NCBI GenBank assembly: GCA_965263035.1
Contig: OZ253580.1
Coordinates: forward strand, 1,184,001-1,248,000
Source: Acidobacteriota bacterium
GTDB taxonomy: Bacteria; Acidobacteriota; UBA6911; RPQK01; JAJDTT01
Reading direction: 5' to 3'
Length of the DNA stretch: 64,000 nucleotides
Shown: one piece after another, positions 48,131-57,577 of the stretch
How the letters are laid out: each line of letters starts with the position of its first letter
How positions within the stretch are numbered: the stretch's first letter is position 1
Made by a program: the position numbers and the translations under genes
The notes under the pieces: generated by a model
The model's input: the letters and a program-made list of their open reading frames with translations, nothing else
Databases searched by the model: none
What the model was told of the DNA's origin: nothing

Positions 48131-48586
48131 TTATTTGCCTGGTTTATCCTTGAAGTCCAGGGCCGCCGAATTGATACAGAAGCGAAGGCCGGTGGGACGG
48201 GGGCCGTCATCGAAGACGTGTCCCAGGTGAGACCCGCAACCGCGGCACAGGACCTCGACTCTCCTCATCCCGTAGCTGTCGTCCGTCTCCATGGCGACCC
48301 GCTCTTTCTCGACGGGAGCCCAGAAGCTGGGCCAACCGGTCCCCGAATCGAACTTGGTGTCCGAGCTGAAGAGCTCGCTGCCGCAGGCCACGCAAAGATA
48401 GGAGCCGTCGGCCTTGTTGGCGTCGTACTTGCCGGAAAAGGGTGGCTCGGTTCCCTTCATCCTGCAGACGTAGAACTGCGCTGCGCTGAGGGTCTTTCTC
48501 CACTCCTCCTCGGTGGTGGCAGTGGGTGTTTCCGAACGTTCATCCTCGTCCCGAGCCCCGTCGGGGTCTCTCCGCCAGTTCGCCAT
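48131..48586 (-). CDS. msrB: Peptide-methionine (R)-S-oxide reductase
   Basis: GTEPPFSG, CVAC, KFDSGTGWPSF, HLGHVFDDGP.PTGLRFCINS. Confidence 0.96.
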   Translation of the reverse strand: MANWRRDPDGARDEDERSETPTATTEEEWRKTLSAAQFYVCRMKGTEPPFSGKYDANKADGSYLCVACGSELFSSDTKFDSGTGWPSFWAPVEKERVAMETDDSYGMRRVEVLCRGCGSHLGHVFDDGPRPTGLRFCINSAALDFKDKPGK

Positions 48587-50206
48587 GAGGTCTCCTTTCC
48601 GGTCCTTTTTCGCTCAACCAGAGCGTCGCTTTGATCCCAAGACAACTTGACTCCTGCATTTCCTGAAAAGTGCCGCAAGAGATTGCCGCCAAAACCACGG
48701 CTGCTGCGAATCCGACGGAGATCTCCGTTTCTGGATACTGGCTTCGATGCTGGCCGAAATTTCCTACGGAGTGTAGGTGGTCCACCAACAGAGAAGTCGT
48801 CTTCGTAACGTATTTGCTTTGTCGAGAAATACGATCCGACCCCGTTATCAGGCGAAGAACATGGCATTGCCTTCCGAACCCACGAGGTAGCCTACCTTGT
48901 TCTTCCGGAAAGTTCGTTATACGTCCGTGTCCCCACTCGGCAAGCCAATGTGGGGGTAGCGTCCTTTGGGGCGGCAACTCGGCTTTCCAGATCAGTACGA
49001 GAGCACGTTCGACTATGCCCCTGATTCCGTAGATCGTGAGTTCCGGATCGTCAATCTCTTTGACGGCACGGTTGACGAAGTTTTTGAGGATGCTGTCTAC
49101 ATCCTGGCCTGCAATTTGCCTGAGGCGGAGTTCCAGTAAGGGTCCAACGTGCGTTTCGAAGTCGGAAGCAGTGCCGAAAAGGCGCGTGAGGTTGGTGAGA
49201 GCCGGCGCCTGTCGTCTCGCGTACCTCTGAATGAGTCGGCACGAGCCTCTGATACGGTTTTTCGAAACGCGGCCAAATCCTCGTTCCTCAAGTGTGCGGC
49301 GACGGCGGTCAGAAATGTCAGTTAGCGGAATATCGGCGTCGGCAAGCGCGCCGAGGTCGGCGCGTATGTCGACATCGCAGTCCTCCCACAGAGCGGCAAG
49401 GAGTTCAAGCCGTCCCTCCAATATAGTTTCAGCGGCTGCATCAATCTCCGGTTTGGAGACGCGGGCTCCGCGATGTCGATCCCATAACTCCTGGAGGAGC
49501 GCGCAAATCAGCACAGGAGCGCCTCCTGTCCAGTTGGTGATCTCCTTTCGAGCCGAAACATCCGGCTCGCAGCCGACGTCCAGGAGCGGCTGCAGGAACG
49601 GATCCCAATCAGCGTCGTCGAGCGCACCGACCCGGACCGGGGTGTCGTAAAAGATCTCCCAGAAGTCAGAGGTTCGAGGCTCCTCGGTCCGGCAGAGCTC
49701 GCGCAACGGCCGGCGACTTCCGGTGACGAGTCTGAGACTGGTCTTCTGGGCCAGCGAACGAAGCTGACCCCACAGGTTGCGCGTCAATCCCGGACCGTCG
49801 AGCACCACGAGTATCCGCGCACACTCGCCTACAAGCTCCCCGAGAACCAGTCCCAATAGATCATGAACCGCTGGATCCTCGACATCGATCCACTCGGAAA
49901 GCTCCTCGCGGTACGGTTGCAGAGCTTTTTTGATTTCTTCCCCCAACCGCTGCTTGAATGCACCGTCCGACCTGGGAGTCCCATGCCTAAGATCGACGTG
50001 GACCGTGGTCAGGTACCCACTCGACTTCGAGGTGTACTCTTTGGCGAGATGGCGCAGCAGGACGGATTTGCCGTAGTGCGCCGGACCCACAACCGATACG
50101 TGATCCGGCGAGGGTTTCTCCGAGTGGCGCTTGATGCGCCGGAGGAGGGCCTTTCTTCCCAAAAGGGGAGGTGGAATCCCAGAACACGATAAGGATTTTT
50201 CGTCAT
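48540..50206 (-). pseudogene. Degraded P-loop ATPase (frameshift near start, altered Walker B region, truncated C-terminus)
   Basis: ATG 50206 with GGAGG gives MTKNPYRVLG, out of frame (44 nt) with LGRK...VSVVGPAHYGKSVLL; C-terminus reads into the msrB 5' region. Confidence 0.65.
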
Positions 50207-50229
50207 GGCTGAGCCTCCACTGCCTCCTG

Positions 50230-50755
50230 CTATGCGCGCAAGACGAGGTCGTCGAAATCCACGTGCTTCCACGACCACTTCGCCATCAACGGCACCGCAA
50301 GCCGGTAGCTGCGTCCACGGTATCCTTCGCCGAGGTCGAGCAACTCGAGTTCCTGGAGTTCCGCAATGTCATCGGCAAGATCGCTGACTTGTCGATAGGG
50401 AACTTTCCTCTCACGAAGTTTCATCGCGAGCAGGTCGAGGTTCACCGGATCCGGTCCATCCGTCAGTTGGTCCCAGAGCGTCAGCAGGAGTCTGCGCCGC
50501 GTGCTTCCGGCGTAGTCCCAGAGCGTCCGGAAGTGCTCGTTGTCTTCTACCATCTCGGTTGCTGCTCGCTCCACGATGCCAAGCGTGATCGTCCGGCTGC
50601 TCCCCGTCGCCGCGTGGTCAAACACGCGGTTGCACAGCGACTGGATCAGGAACGGATGACGGGCGCACAACTCCACGATCCGGTCCCGCGCCTGCGGCAG
50701 GTAGCGCACCCGACCTTCAACCGGTTCGGTGACGAGCCGCCGTGCATCCTCCGGA
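50230..50755 (-). pseudogene. C-terminal fragment of an AAA/STAND-like ATPase
   Basis: EDARRLVTEP......ARDRIVELCARHPFLIQSLC..(G/H-P-F-L-I-Q helical motif), HFRTLW, winged-helix-like end; no P-loop upstream. Confidence 0.6.
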
Positions 50756-51005
50756 TGATCCACACCGCCGCCATGGCCGGTGTCCCCGGGCTCAGGTGGA
50801 AGGTGAGCGAGGCGTCTTTGGCGCCTTCGCTCAATGCCGTCCCGCACCCGCGGACCGCCGCTGCGTAGATCTCGCCGAACGCCGTGGGGCTGCTGAGACC
50901 CTCCGCGAGAACATGAACCCGGCACCCATGATTTCGCTCCTCGATCCATGGAATGTAACGGTGAACGACATCATCTTCGTGGTCGGTGAGGAGGAACAGT
51001 CTTGA
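50754..51005 (-). pseudogene. Fragment of RtcR-type (CARF-like) N-terminal domain of a sigma54 regulator
   Basis: LFLLTD, LSSPTAFGEIYAAA, LTFHLSPGTPAMAAVWII motif. Confidence 0.7.
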
Positions 51006-51109
51006 GTGCCGGGGAGCACGAACGCATGAACTCATCTCCGGATGCCAATGACCCGCCACCCGAACTGGAAGACACCTTGGCACGAATAGGTCTGGACAAG
51101 GAGAACCAT

Positions 51110-51267
51110 CAGTCCGTGGTGAAAATCCCGTAGCACCGAGAACGGAGCCGGGCCCGCCGGACAAGTCGCGACGAGGGAGCATATTCGACATTATGTGACC
51201 GAGGAGCAACGCAGTCCGCCGCGATGCAGATCGGGTCGAATGCCGCGATGACTTTCGCCACGGGCTA
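51110..51267 (+). mobile_element. ~158-bp MITE-like dispersed repeat, copy 3 (more diverged)
   Basis: CAGTCCGTGGTGAAAAT...ACTTTCGCCACGGGCTA; shares TATGTGACCGAG, GCAACGCAGTCCGC, GTCGAATGCCG with copy 1; flanks CCAT / TCAT. Confidence 0.8.
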
Positions 51268-52089
51268 TCATGCCTCGATTCCCCCTTTCCACGCCTCGCC
51301 CGGAAGGAGCCGGATCAGCCGCTCGGAGACCGTTCGCGCCGCTTCCGCCGGCCGCCACTCGTAACCTCGTGTGAGAAGAGCGCTCATGTCGGCGCCGAAT
51401 TGCGGATCATCCAGCTTTCCCGCGAGATTCCTCTCGAACATGGCACGCGTCACCAGGTGGCCGTCGCGGTCCATATATGTCCGGAAGGCGTACACGATCC
51501 GTCCAGGATCGCTCCGCGCATCGCCGAGTCCCGTCGCCACGTCGAACAGATCCCGGCCCTTCCTGCGCTGATAGAGCGCTCTCAGCTTCGTCGCCAGCAG
51601 CTCGTCGAGTTCGAAGGTTTTGACATCCGCGGTTCCGGAATACCACCTCGATTCCACCGAGAACGGGCATCCAGTGAACCCAAACACCGCAAAGTGCTCT
51701 CGTGTATTGATCTCGATCTTGAGCCGCAGCCGCATCGGCGGCACGCCCTCCGACATGAAACGGTAGCCGAACGTCACCCGGCCTTTCGACTGCTTCCATC
51801 GCGCTTCGCCAAGCCATGGATCGAGAATGCTGCGCAGGGCGTCCATCAGGGAACCGGCAGATCCGGGCGCGACCTGGACCAGATCGATGTCCTCCGAGTA
51901 GCGAGCCGGCGGAGTCAGGTAGAGCTTGTAGAGCGCCGACCCGCCCCGGAAGGCCAGCGCCCCGGCGAGAACAGGATCGGAGAATATCCCGGCCAGGGCG
52001 CGGCTGATGACGAGGTCCTGCTCGACCTGGAAATCCTCGATCCACGGCGCCCGCACCCGCCATTCTGTGATGTAGTCCCGCGGGATCAC
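51268..52089 (-). CDS. abiEii: Type IV TA toxin AbiEii (nucleotidyltransferase)
   Basis: QVEQDLVISRAL, FRGGSALYKLY, RYSEDIDLV, KLRALYQRRKGRDLFD; GTG overlaps abiEi stop. Confidence 0.92.
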   Translation of the reverse strand: MIPRDYITEWRVRAPWIEDFQVEQDLVISRALAGIFSDPVLAGALAFRGGSALYKLYLTPPARYSEDIDLVQVAPGSAGSLMDALRSILDPWLGEARWKQSKGRVTFGYRFMSEGVPPMRLRLKIEINTREHFAVFGFTGCPFSVESRWYSGTADVKTFELDELLATKLRALYQRRKGRDLFDVATGLGDARSDPGRIVYAFRTYMDRDGHLVTRAMFERNLAGKLDDPQFGADMSALLTRGYEWRPAEAARTVSERLIRLLPGEAWKGGIEA

Positions 52090-52886
52090 GCTTCCATCTC
52101 GATGGTTGCGTTGACATACAACCGCCAATCCTTCGACCGCGGCGCATTCTCCGCATTCGCGGCCGGCAGGAGTTTCGTGAAGTTTCGCGCCCGCTCTTGC
52201 ACATGCTCCTTGAGGAGCACGGCCCTGTCTCCCGCTCCGACATGTTCGAGCAGGTAGCCCAGACGCTGCGCCCACGGGATCGACGCCGATTTCGAGGCGT
52301 CGACGAGGCGTCGCGGGTCCATCCCCTCGCCGAGTTCGGAAAGAAGACCTGCCACCCGGTCCACGCCGCCCGCGTGATGCATGTATCCGACGAGATCGAC
52401 TGCCGTTGCCTCCACCGTTGAGACCCGAACGGTTCCGCGCGGATTGTTGAATCTCCGGACCGGCACGTCGCCCACGTTCCAGCGAGCGACGAATGACACC
52501 TTCACGGATCCGCACGAGATCGACGGCCTGTTCCTGCCGAGGATGACCTGGAACGCTTGCGGCCGATGATGCGCGGCGCCGTGGTATTGTGCGGCCGACA
52601 GGAGCGCCGCATAGTACGGCACCTTCCGGTGCTCCATGAGGGCCGGGATGAACTGGTCCGCCGGCAGGCAACCGAGCCTTCTGTATTCGGGCGGCACGAT
52701 GACGTAGAATCCGCGCGCGGGGCTGGCGATCTCACCCTTGGCCGCCAGACGGCTCAACGCCTGCCTCGCGGCGGCGGCGGAAACGCCGAGCGCCGAGCGA
52801 AGCTCCCCCGACGTGAAGTGATGCCGGCCGCGAGCAGCCAGATCCATGATGACATCGCGGGCGCGTGGCGCGGCAGATCCATACAT
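52086..52886 (-). CDS. abiEi: Type IV TA antitoxin AbiEi
   Basis: N-terminal wHTH, GFYVIVPPEY, YY..LLSAAQYHGAAHHRPQ.FQV, E.TA.DLV, QRLGYLLE. Confidence 0.9.
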   Translation of the reverse strand: MYGSAAPRARDVIMDLAARGRHHFTSGELRSALGVSAAAARQALSRLAAKGEIASPARGFYVIVPPEYRRLGCLPADQFIPALMEHRKVPYYAALLSAAQYHGAAHHRPQAFQVILGRNRPSISCGSVKVSFVARWNVGDVPVRRFNNPRGTVRVSTVEATAVDLVGYMHHAGGVDRVAGLLSELGEGMDPRRLVDASKSASIPWAQRLGYLLEHVGAGDRAVLLKEHVQERARNFTKLLPAANAENAPRSKDWRLYVNATIEMEA

Positions 52887-53009
52887 GACGCCAACAAAGT
52901 ATCATTTTTCGTCACATAATGAGAGCGTATATGTCAGAATGGGGAGCGCACGCCCTTTTCGGTGCTCCCGTTTCATGGCCCGGCATCGCCGGACGCCGCG
53001 CCTCCACCC

Positions 53010-53038
53010 TTGACATCTTCAGGTCGAATTCCTAAGAT
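53010..53038 (+). promoter_or_regulatory. sigma70 promoter of tRNA-Gly
   Basis: TTGACA-17 nt-TAAGAT, 15 nt upstream of the tRNA. Confidence 0.8.
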
Positions 53039-53053
53039 TTGGGCACGTTTGGC

Positions 53054-53128
<75 letters not shown>

Positions 53129-53376
53129 TTTAACCCCCGCAATTGAGAATCAACTGTCCAGACTCAACCGGAGGTCTGGAGAGTTTCCCGTTCCTCCATA
53201 CCCATCCGCACCTGATACGTGAGGAATTCCGCCCACCTCCGACCGGTTCCCGGTGACTTCCGTCACCCACCGTCCCGTAGTTCCCGATGGGGCCAACGTC
53301 AGTGAGCCGGTTTCGGCAGGAAATTCACATTCCATTGCAGGTACCGGCTATTCACGACTCCAACGGGAGGAGGACC

Positions 53377-53979
53377 ATGAGAAATCTCTTTAGAAGCGAC
53401 GTGAGGTTCTTCAAAACATGGACGGCAACTGGACTCATGCCCGTCGTGCTTCTGATGGGACTGCCGGGATGCGTGGCGAGGCACATGCCCGACTGGTCCA
53501 GGGTGCAAGCCGTTGCCCCCGAAACCAAGACCGAGCTGCAGCTATACGAGGATGAGGCCGTCCCGGGCGGCCGACGGCGAAAGCTCAAGGGACGATTCAT
53601 CTCGGCCACCGCCGACTCCATCACGCTACAGCTAACGGATCGCAACTACACGGATGACCCGACTCGCACGTTGCAGAAATCGGCAGTCCGCAAGGTCCTC
53701 ACCCGTCGCCCATTCTTGAAACGATGGCCTGGTTGGGTCGCTTTGGGGATTTTCGGCCTATTAAACGCGGGGATTGCGGCCGGGGCTGCAGACGGCGGCG
53801 AGGACTCCCTTCCAGGGCACTTGGTTCTCCAAGGTGGCGTCACCCTCCCGCTCGCAATCGGCTTCTTCTTCGGTTCAAGAATGGAGGGAGTTTACGAAGT
53901 CCCTCCCAAACACAGAGATTCGTCGTGGTGGACTGGGACACCGGCAGGCGGGACGAAGAAACCGAAAGCCTCGCCGTGA
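53377..53979 (+). CDS. Hypothetical membrane/lipoprotein
   Basis: ATG with GGAGGAGG; lipobox-like LPGC; Sm-like KGRFISATADSITL segment; two C-terminal hydrophobic stretches. Confidence 0.65.
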   Translation: MRNLFRSDVRFFKTWTATGLMPVVLLMGLPGCVARHMPDWSRVQAVAPETKTELQLYEDEAVPGGRRRKLKGRFISATADSITLQLTDRNYTDDPTRTLQKSAVRKVLTRRPFLKRWPGWVALGIFGLLNAGIAAGAADGGEDSLPGHLVLQGGVTLPLAIGFFFGSRMEGVYEVPPKHRDSSWWTGTPAGGTKKPKASP

Positions 53980-54148
53980 CCGGGAACTCTGAGGACAACC
54001 AAAGGTTTTCACCAATCACGATCGGAGACAGTGGGAAAATCGAATCCGGGTGATCAGATGGCATCCCATCCGAGCGGGATTTTGGTAGACTTGCCCTGTC
54101 CCGAACCCTCTCGAAATACTGTTAACCTCAATCATATCAGTGGATTGA

Positions 54149-57100
54149 GTGGATTCGGGATTTCTGGTGATGACTGGAAATCTCCCGAAACACACCGATT
54201 CAGTTCTGAATTTCCGCTTCGCGCCGTTGTTCCTCTGCGGATGCCTCGCCTTGCTCCTCGCGAGCCAATGGGCCAGAGGACAGGCGGAGAGCGCCACTCT
54301 GCTGGGTACGGTCCGGCTGGAAGACGGCGGCCACGCCGGGAACGTGGAGATCACGATTCGCCGCCCGGACACCAATGAGACCTACTCCCTCCTGACCGGC
54401 TCCAGCGGCAACTACCGCCGGGACGGCCTGGCCCCCGGGGCCTACGAGATCCAGGTGGCGGCTCGCGGCCACGCCGGTCTGCTTCGGGTCGGAGTCCAAC
54501 TCCTGGTGGGCCAGGTCCTCCGGGAGGACTTTGTCCTGATTCCGGGCGACGAAAACGAAGTTCGGGTTCAGGAGAGCGGGTGGGTCCCCAGCGGCTCGGA
54601 CCGGGACGACCGGGGCCTGGTCATCGACCGGGAGAAACTGGAAACGCTCCCGGTGGCCTCCCGCGACATCGGCCAATTGGTGGACATGGCTCCGGGCGCC
54701 TCCCGCACCAGCAGCGGGCGGCGCCGGGGCGTGAAGGTCATGGGCATGAGACGGAGGGACAACCTGCTCTATATCGACGGGACCCTCTTTACCCATGGCG
54801 ACGGCGGAACCACCTTCCAGGCCAGTACCGACGCGCTCCAGGAGTTCGACATCAAGAGCGGACTCTACTCGGCCGAGTACGGGATTCGTCCCGGGGCGCA
54901 GATCGTGGCGGTGACCAAGAGCGGAACCAACGCCTATCACGGCAGCCTCTACTGGTTTCACCGAAACGACAATCTGGACGCCCGGAACTTCTTCGAGCAG
55001 GAGAAGAAGGAGTTCAAGCGGAATCAGATGGGTGCCACCCTGGGCGGCCCCATCCTCCTTCCGGGGTTGTTCAAGGGCACGGATCGAGCCTGGTTCTTCC
55101 TCTCCCACCAATACCGGTCCATACGGGAGACCAAGCCGCTCACGGGCGTGGTCCCGACGCGAGACGAGAAGAAGGGACTCTTTTCGTCTCCGATTACGGA
55201 CCCCTCCACGGGTGCTCCTTTCCCCAACAACCGCATCCCCAAAAACCGGTTCGACCCGGTGGCGCTGAAGCTGCTTCCCATTTGGCCGGATCCCAACACC
55301 GTGGGCCCCCTGAACTTCACCAGCCCCGACTCGGTTTCTCCCACCGACAACCCCCAGATCATCGCCCGCGTGGACCTGAAGACCTCCGACGTCAGCCGTT
55401 GGAGCGGCCGCTTCGTCTGGGACTCGCGGCCCATCACTTCGGCCCGGGCCGTCAGCATCTTCTCGTCCACCAGCCCCCTGTCCACCTATGGACAGTCCAT
55501 CTCCTACAGCCGGAACCTGGGCTCCCGGGACATCAACGTGGCCAGCATTCACTTGTTCCGGCGGCCTTACGAGTCGGTTCCCTCCAACCCTCTGCCCAAC
55601 CTGGCGGGCAGACTGGGCATCGACGAACTGCTCCTGGCCGAGGTGGACCGTCACGGGGTCCCCAGGACCCGAATCACTGGGTTTGCCGGCATCGGCGACC
55701 AGATTCTGGCCGGCAGGGCGGCGCTGGGAAACTGGCAGGTGAAGGACGATCTGGTCCTTCCCCGGGGCAACCACACCCTGAAGCTGGGTCTGGAATACCG
55801 ACAGCACTTCAACCAGTATGGCCAGCACCGCCGATCCGAATTCGACTTCTACAATCGGTACACGGGGAACGGCTGGGGGGACTTTCTCCTGGGACATCTG
55901 GCCCAGAGCCAATTGGGAGGCGAGATCAATAGGGGCCGTTTCCACCAGAACAGCATCTACGCCTACCTTTCCGACGAGTGGCGGGTGACTCCGGGGCTGG
56001 ATCTGAACCTGGGTCTCCGGTACGAGCTCCGGTTGCCCTGGGTGGACCTGCGGGGCTTCATGGCCAACTTCGATCCGGCCACCGGCCGCCTTCATCCGGA
56101 ATTGCTGGACCTGGATCTGGCGCCCGGCGAGACGGGACGATTCAGGCCCCGCATGCCCCTCATCCAGTGGAACCGCTTGGGTGGAATCCAGCCCCGACTG
56201 GGGCTGGCGCTACGGTTGGGGGAGCGCACGGTGCTGCACACCGGAGCTGGCCTGTATTCCAACGAACCGGACGTGGGCATGGTTTCCCGGCTGGGAAGAA
56301 ACCCGCGGCCCGGGGCCGAGCGGCTGATCTTCGAATCCGATCTGGAAACACCTCTCCTGTCGCTGTCCGACCCCTTTCCCGAGACCGGCAGGGCTGCGGC
56401 CGTGCCGGATCACTATGGCGTCGAGACTCCCCTGCCCCTGGCCACGACCCAGTCGTGGGGTCTGAGCTTGCAGCACCGGCTCTTCAGAGAACTCATGATC
56501 AATGCGGGATATCACGGATCCCACACCATCCACCGCATGGAGACGGTCTCCTTGAACGACGCGGCTCCGGGCACCGGCGACCGGCAGCAGCGTCGGCCCT
56601 TTGGCGATCTGCAGAACGTCCAGGTGCCTCAGGCCGACGGCGGGGCCTGGTATCACGGCCTGCAACTGCAGGTGGAAAAAGCTCCCGGAGCGCACGGCCT
56701 ATCCTTGCTGGCCTCCTTCAGCTGGTCGCGGCTGATCGAGATCGGAGCCAGCGACATCGGATCACACCACCCCACTTTCTTTCGCTCCCGAAACATGGAC
56801 TTGGAGGCCACCCGGGGACTGGCCGACTTTCACGTGCCGCGCAGACTCCTTATGAGCGTGGGCTACGATCTTCCCTTCGGGTCGGATGGAACGCTCTCCG
56901 GGCCGGAGTGGATCTCCAATCTGGTCCGCAACTGGTCGCTACGGGTGATCTCCAGCGCTCAGGACGGCCCCTGGATCACCATCAATCTTCCTGGAGATCC
57001 GTTGGACGTGGGTTCGGTGGCCTCCCAGTGGCCCGACCGCATCCGCGACGCCAACCTGCCCGAGAGCCGACGCGTGCCGACCCGTTGGTTCGACACCGAG

Positions 57101-57382
57101 GCCTTCCGCCTGCCCCGGGCCTTCCACTATGGAGACGCAGGGAAGTCCACGGTGGAAGGCCCGGGCCTCATCAATCTGGACGTCTCCCTGAGGCGGACCT
57201 TTCGGTTGGAGGAGGAACGCCGCATCGAGCTACGACTCGAAGCCTTCAATGCCGCCAACCGCGCCAATTTCGCCGTCGGCCGGAGTGACCCGGCCATCGA
57301 GTTCGGCACCACGGGCTTCGGAAGCATCGGCCGTGCGCTTCCTGGCCGTCAGATCCAACTGGGATTCAAGGCCTATTTCTGA
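54149..57382 (+). CDS. TonB-dependent receptor (Oar-like, carboxypeptidase-regulatory N-domain)
   Basis: DALQEF...YSAEYG, TKSGTN..HGS, RNDNLDARNFF, RNQMGATLGGP, LNLGLRYE, EAFNAAN, RQIQLGFKAYF. Confidence 0.92.
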   Translation: MDSGFLVMTGNLPKHTDSVLNFRFAPLFLCGCLALLLASQWARGQAESATLLGTVRLEDGGHAGNVEITIRRPDTNETYSLLTGSSGNYRRDGLAPGAYEIQVAARGHAGLLRVGVQLLVGQVLREDFVLIPGDENEVRVQESGWVPSGSDRDDRGLVIDREKLETLPVASRDIGQLVDMAPGASRTSSGRRRGVKVMGMRRRDNLLYIDGTLFTHGDGGTTFQASTDALQEFDIKSGLYSAEYGIRPGAQIVAVTKSGTNAYHGSLYWFHRNDNLDARNFFEQEKKEFKRNQMGATLGGPILLPGLFKGTDRAWFFLSHQYRSIRETKPLTGVVPTRDEKKGLFSSPITDPSTGAPFPNNRIPKNRFDPVALKLLPIWPDPNTVGPLNFTSPDSVSPTDNPQIIARVDLKTSDVSRWSGRFVWDSRPITSARAVSIFSSTSPLSTYGQSISYSRNLGSRDINVASIHLFRRPYESVPSNPLPNLAGRLGIDELLLAEVDRHGVPRTRITGFAGIGDQILAGRAALGNWQVKDDLVLPRGNHTLKLGLEYRQHFNQYGQHRRSEFDFYNRYTGNGWGDFLLGHLAQSQLGGEINRGRFHQNSIYAYLSDEWRVTPGLDLNLGLRYELRLPWVDLRGFMANFDPATGRLHPELLDLDLAPGETGRFRPRMPLIQWNRLGGIQPRLGLALRLGERTVLHTGAGLYSNEPDVGMVSRLGRNPRPGAERLIFESDLETPLLSLSDPFPETGRAAAVPDHYGVETPLPLATTQSWGLSLQHRLFRELMINAGYHGSHTIHRMETVSLNDAAPGTGDRQQRRPFGDLQNVQVPQADGGAWYHGLQLQVEKAPGAHGLSLLASFSWSRLIEIGASDIGSHHPTFFRSRNMDLEATRGLADFHVPRRLLMSVGYDLPFGSDGTLSGPEWISNLVRNWSLRVISSAQDGPWITINLPGDPLDVGSVASQWPDRIRDANLPESRRVPTRWFDTEAFRLPRAFHYGDAGKSTVEGPGLINLDVSLRRTFRLEEERRIELRLEAFNAANRANFAVGRSDPAIEFGTTGFGSIGRALPGRQIQLGFKAYF

Positions 57383-57577
57383 TCGCCGGAAGCAATCGCT
57401 GATCGTTATTGGCAATTACTAGTGGAAGTCTTTTTTCTCAAATACGTTACGATGGTTGCAGCTGAATTGGTACGGGAGATCCCGACCCACGAAAATTGAC
57501 GGGAAACGAGCGTTTTTCCTCGACCGGGGTGACAGGCAATTGTGTCTTTCCCTCGCCGCGGGCAGAATGGAATTCCA

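Noticed and set aside
50230-51209. ORFs 50230-50949 and 50646-51209 as intact genes
   Set aside because: Each is a chimera across a deletion junction or the MITE; only part of each resembles a protein family.
51268-52671. 467-aa version of AbiEii
   Set aside because: The extension overlaps abiEi in another frame; family similarity begins at GTG 52089.
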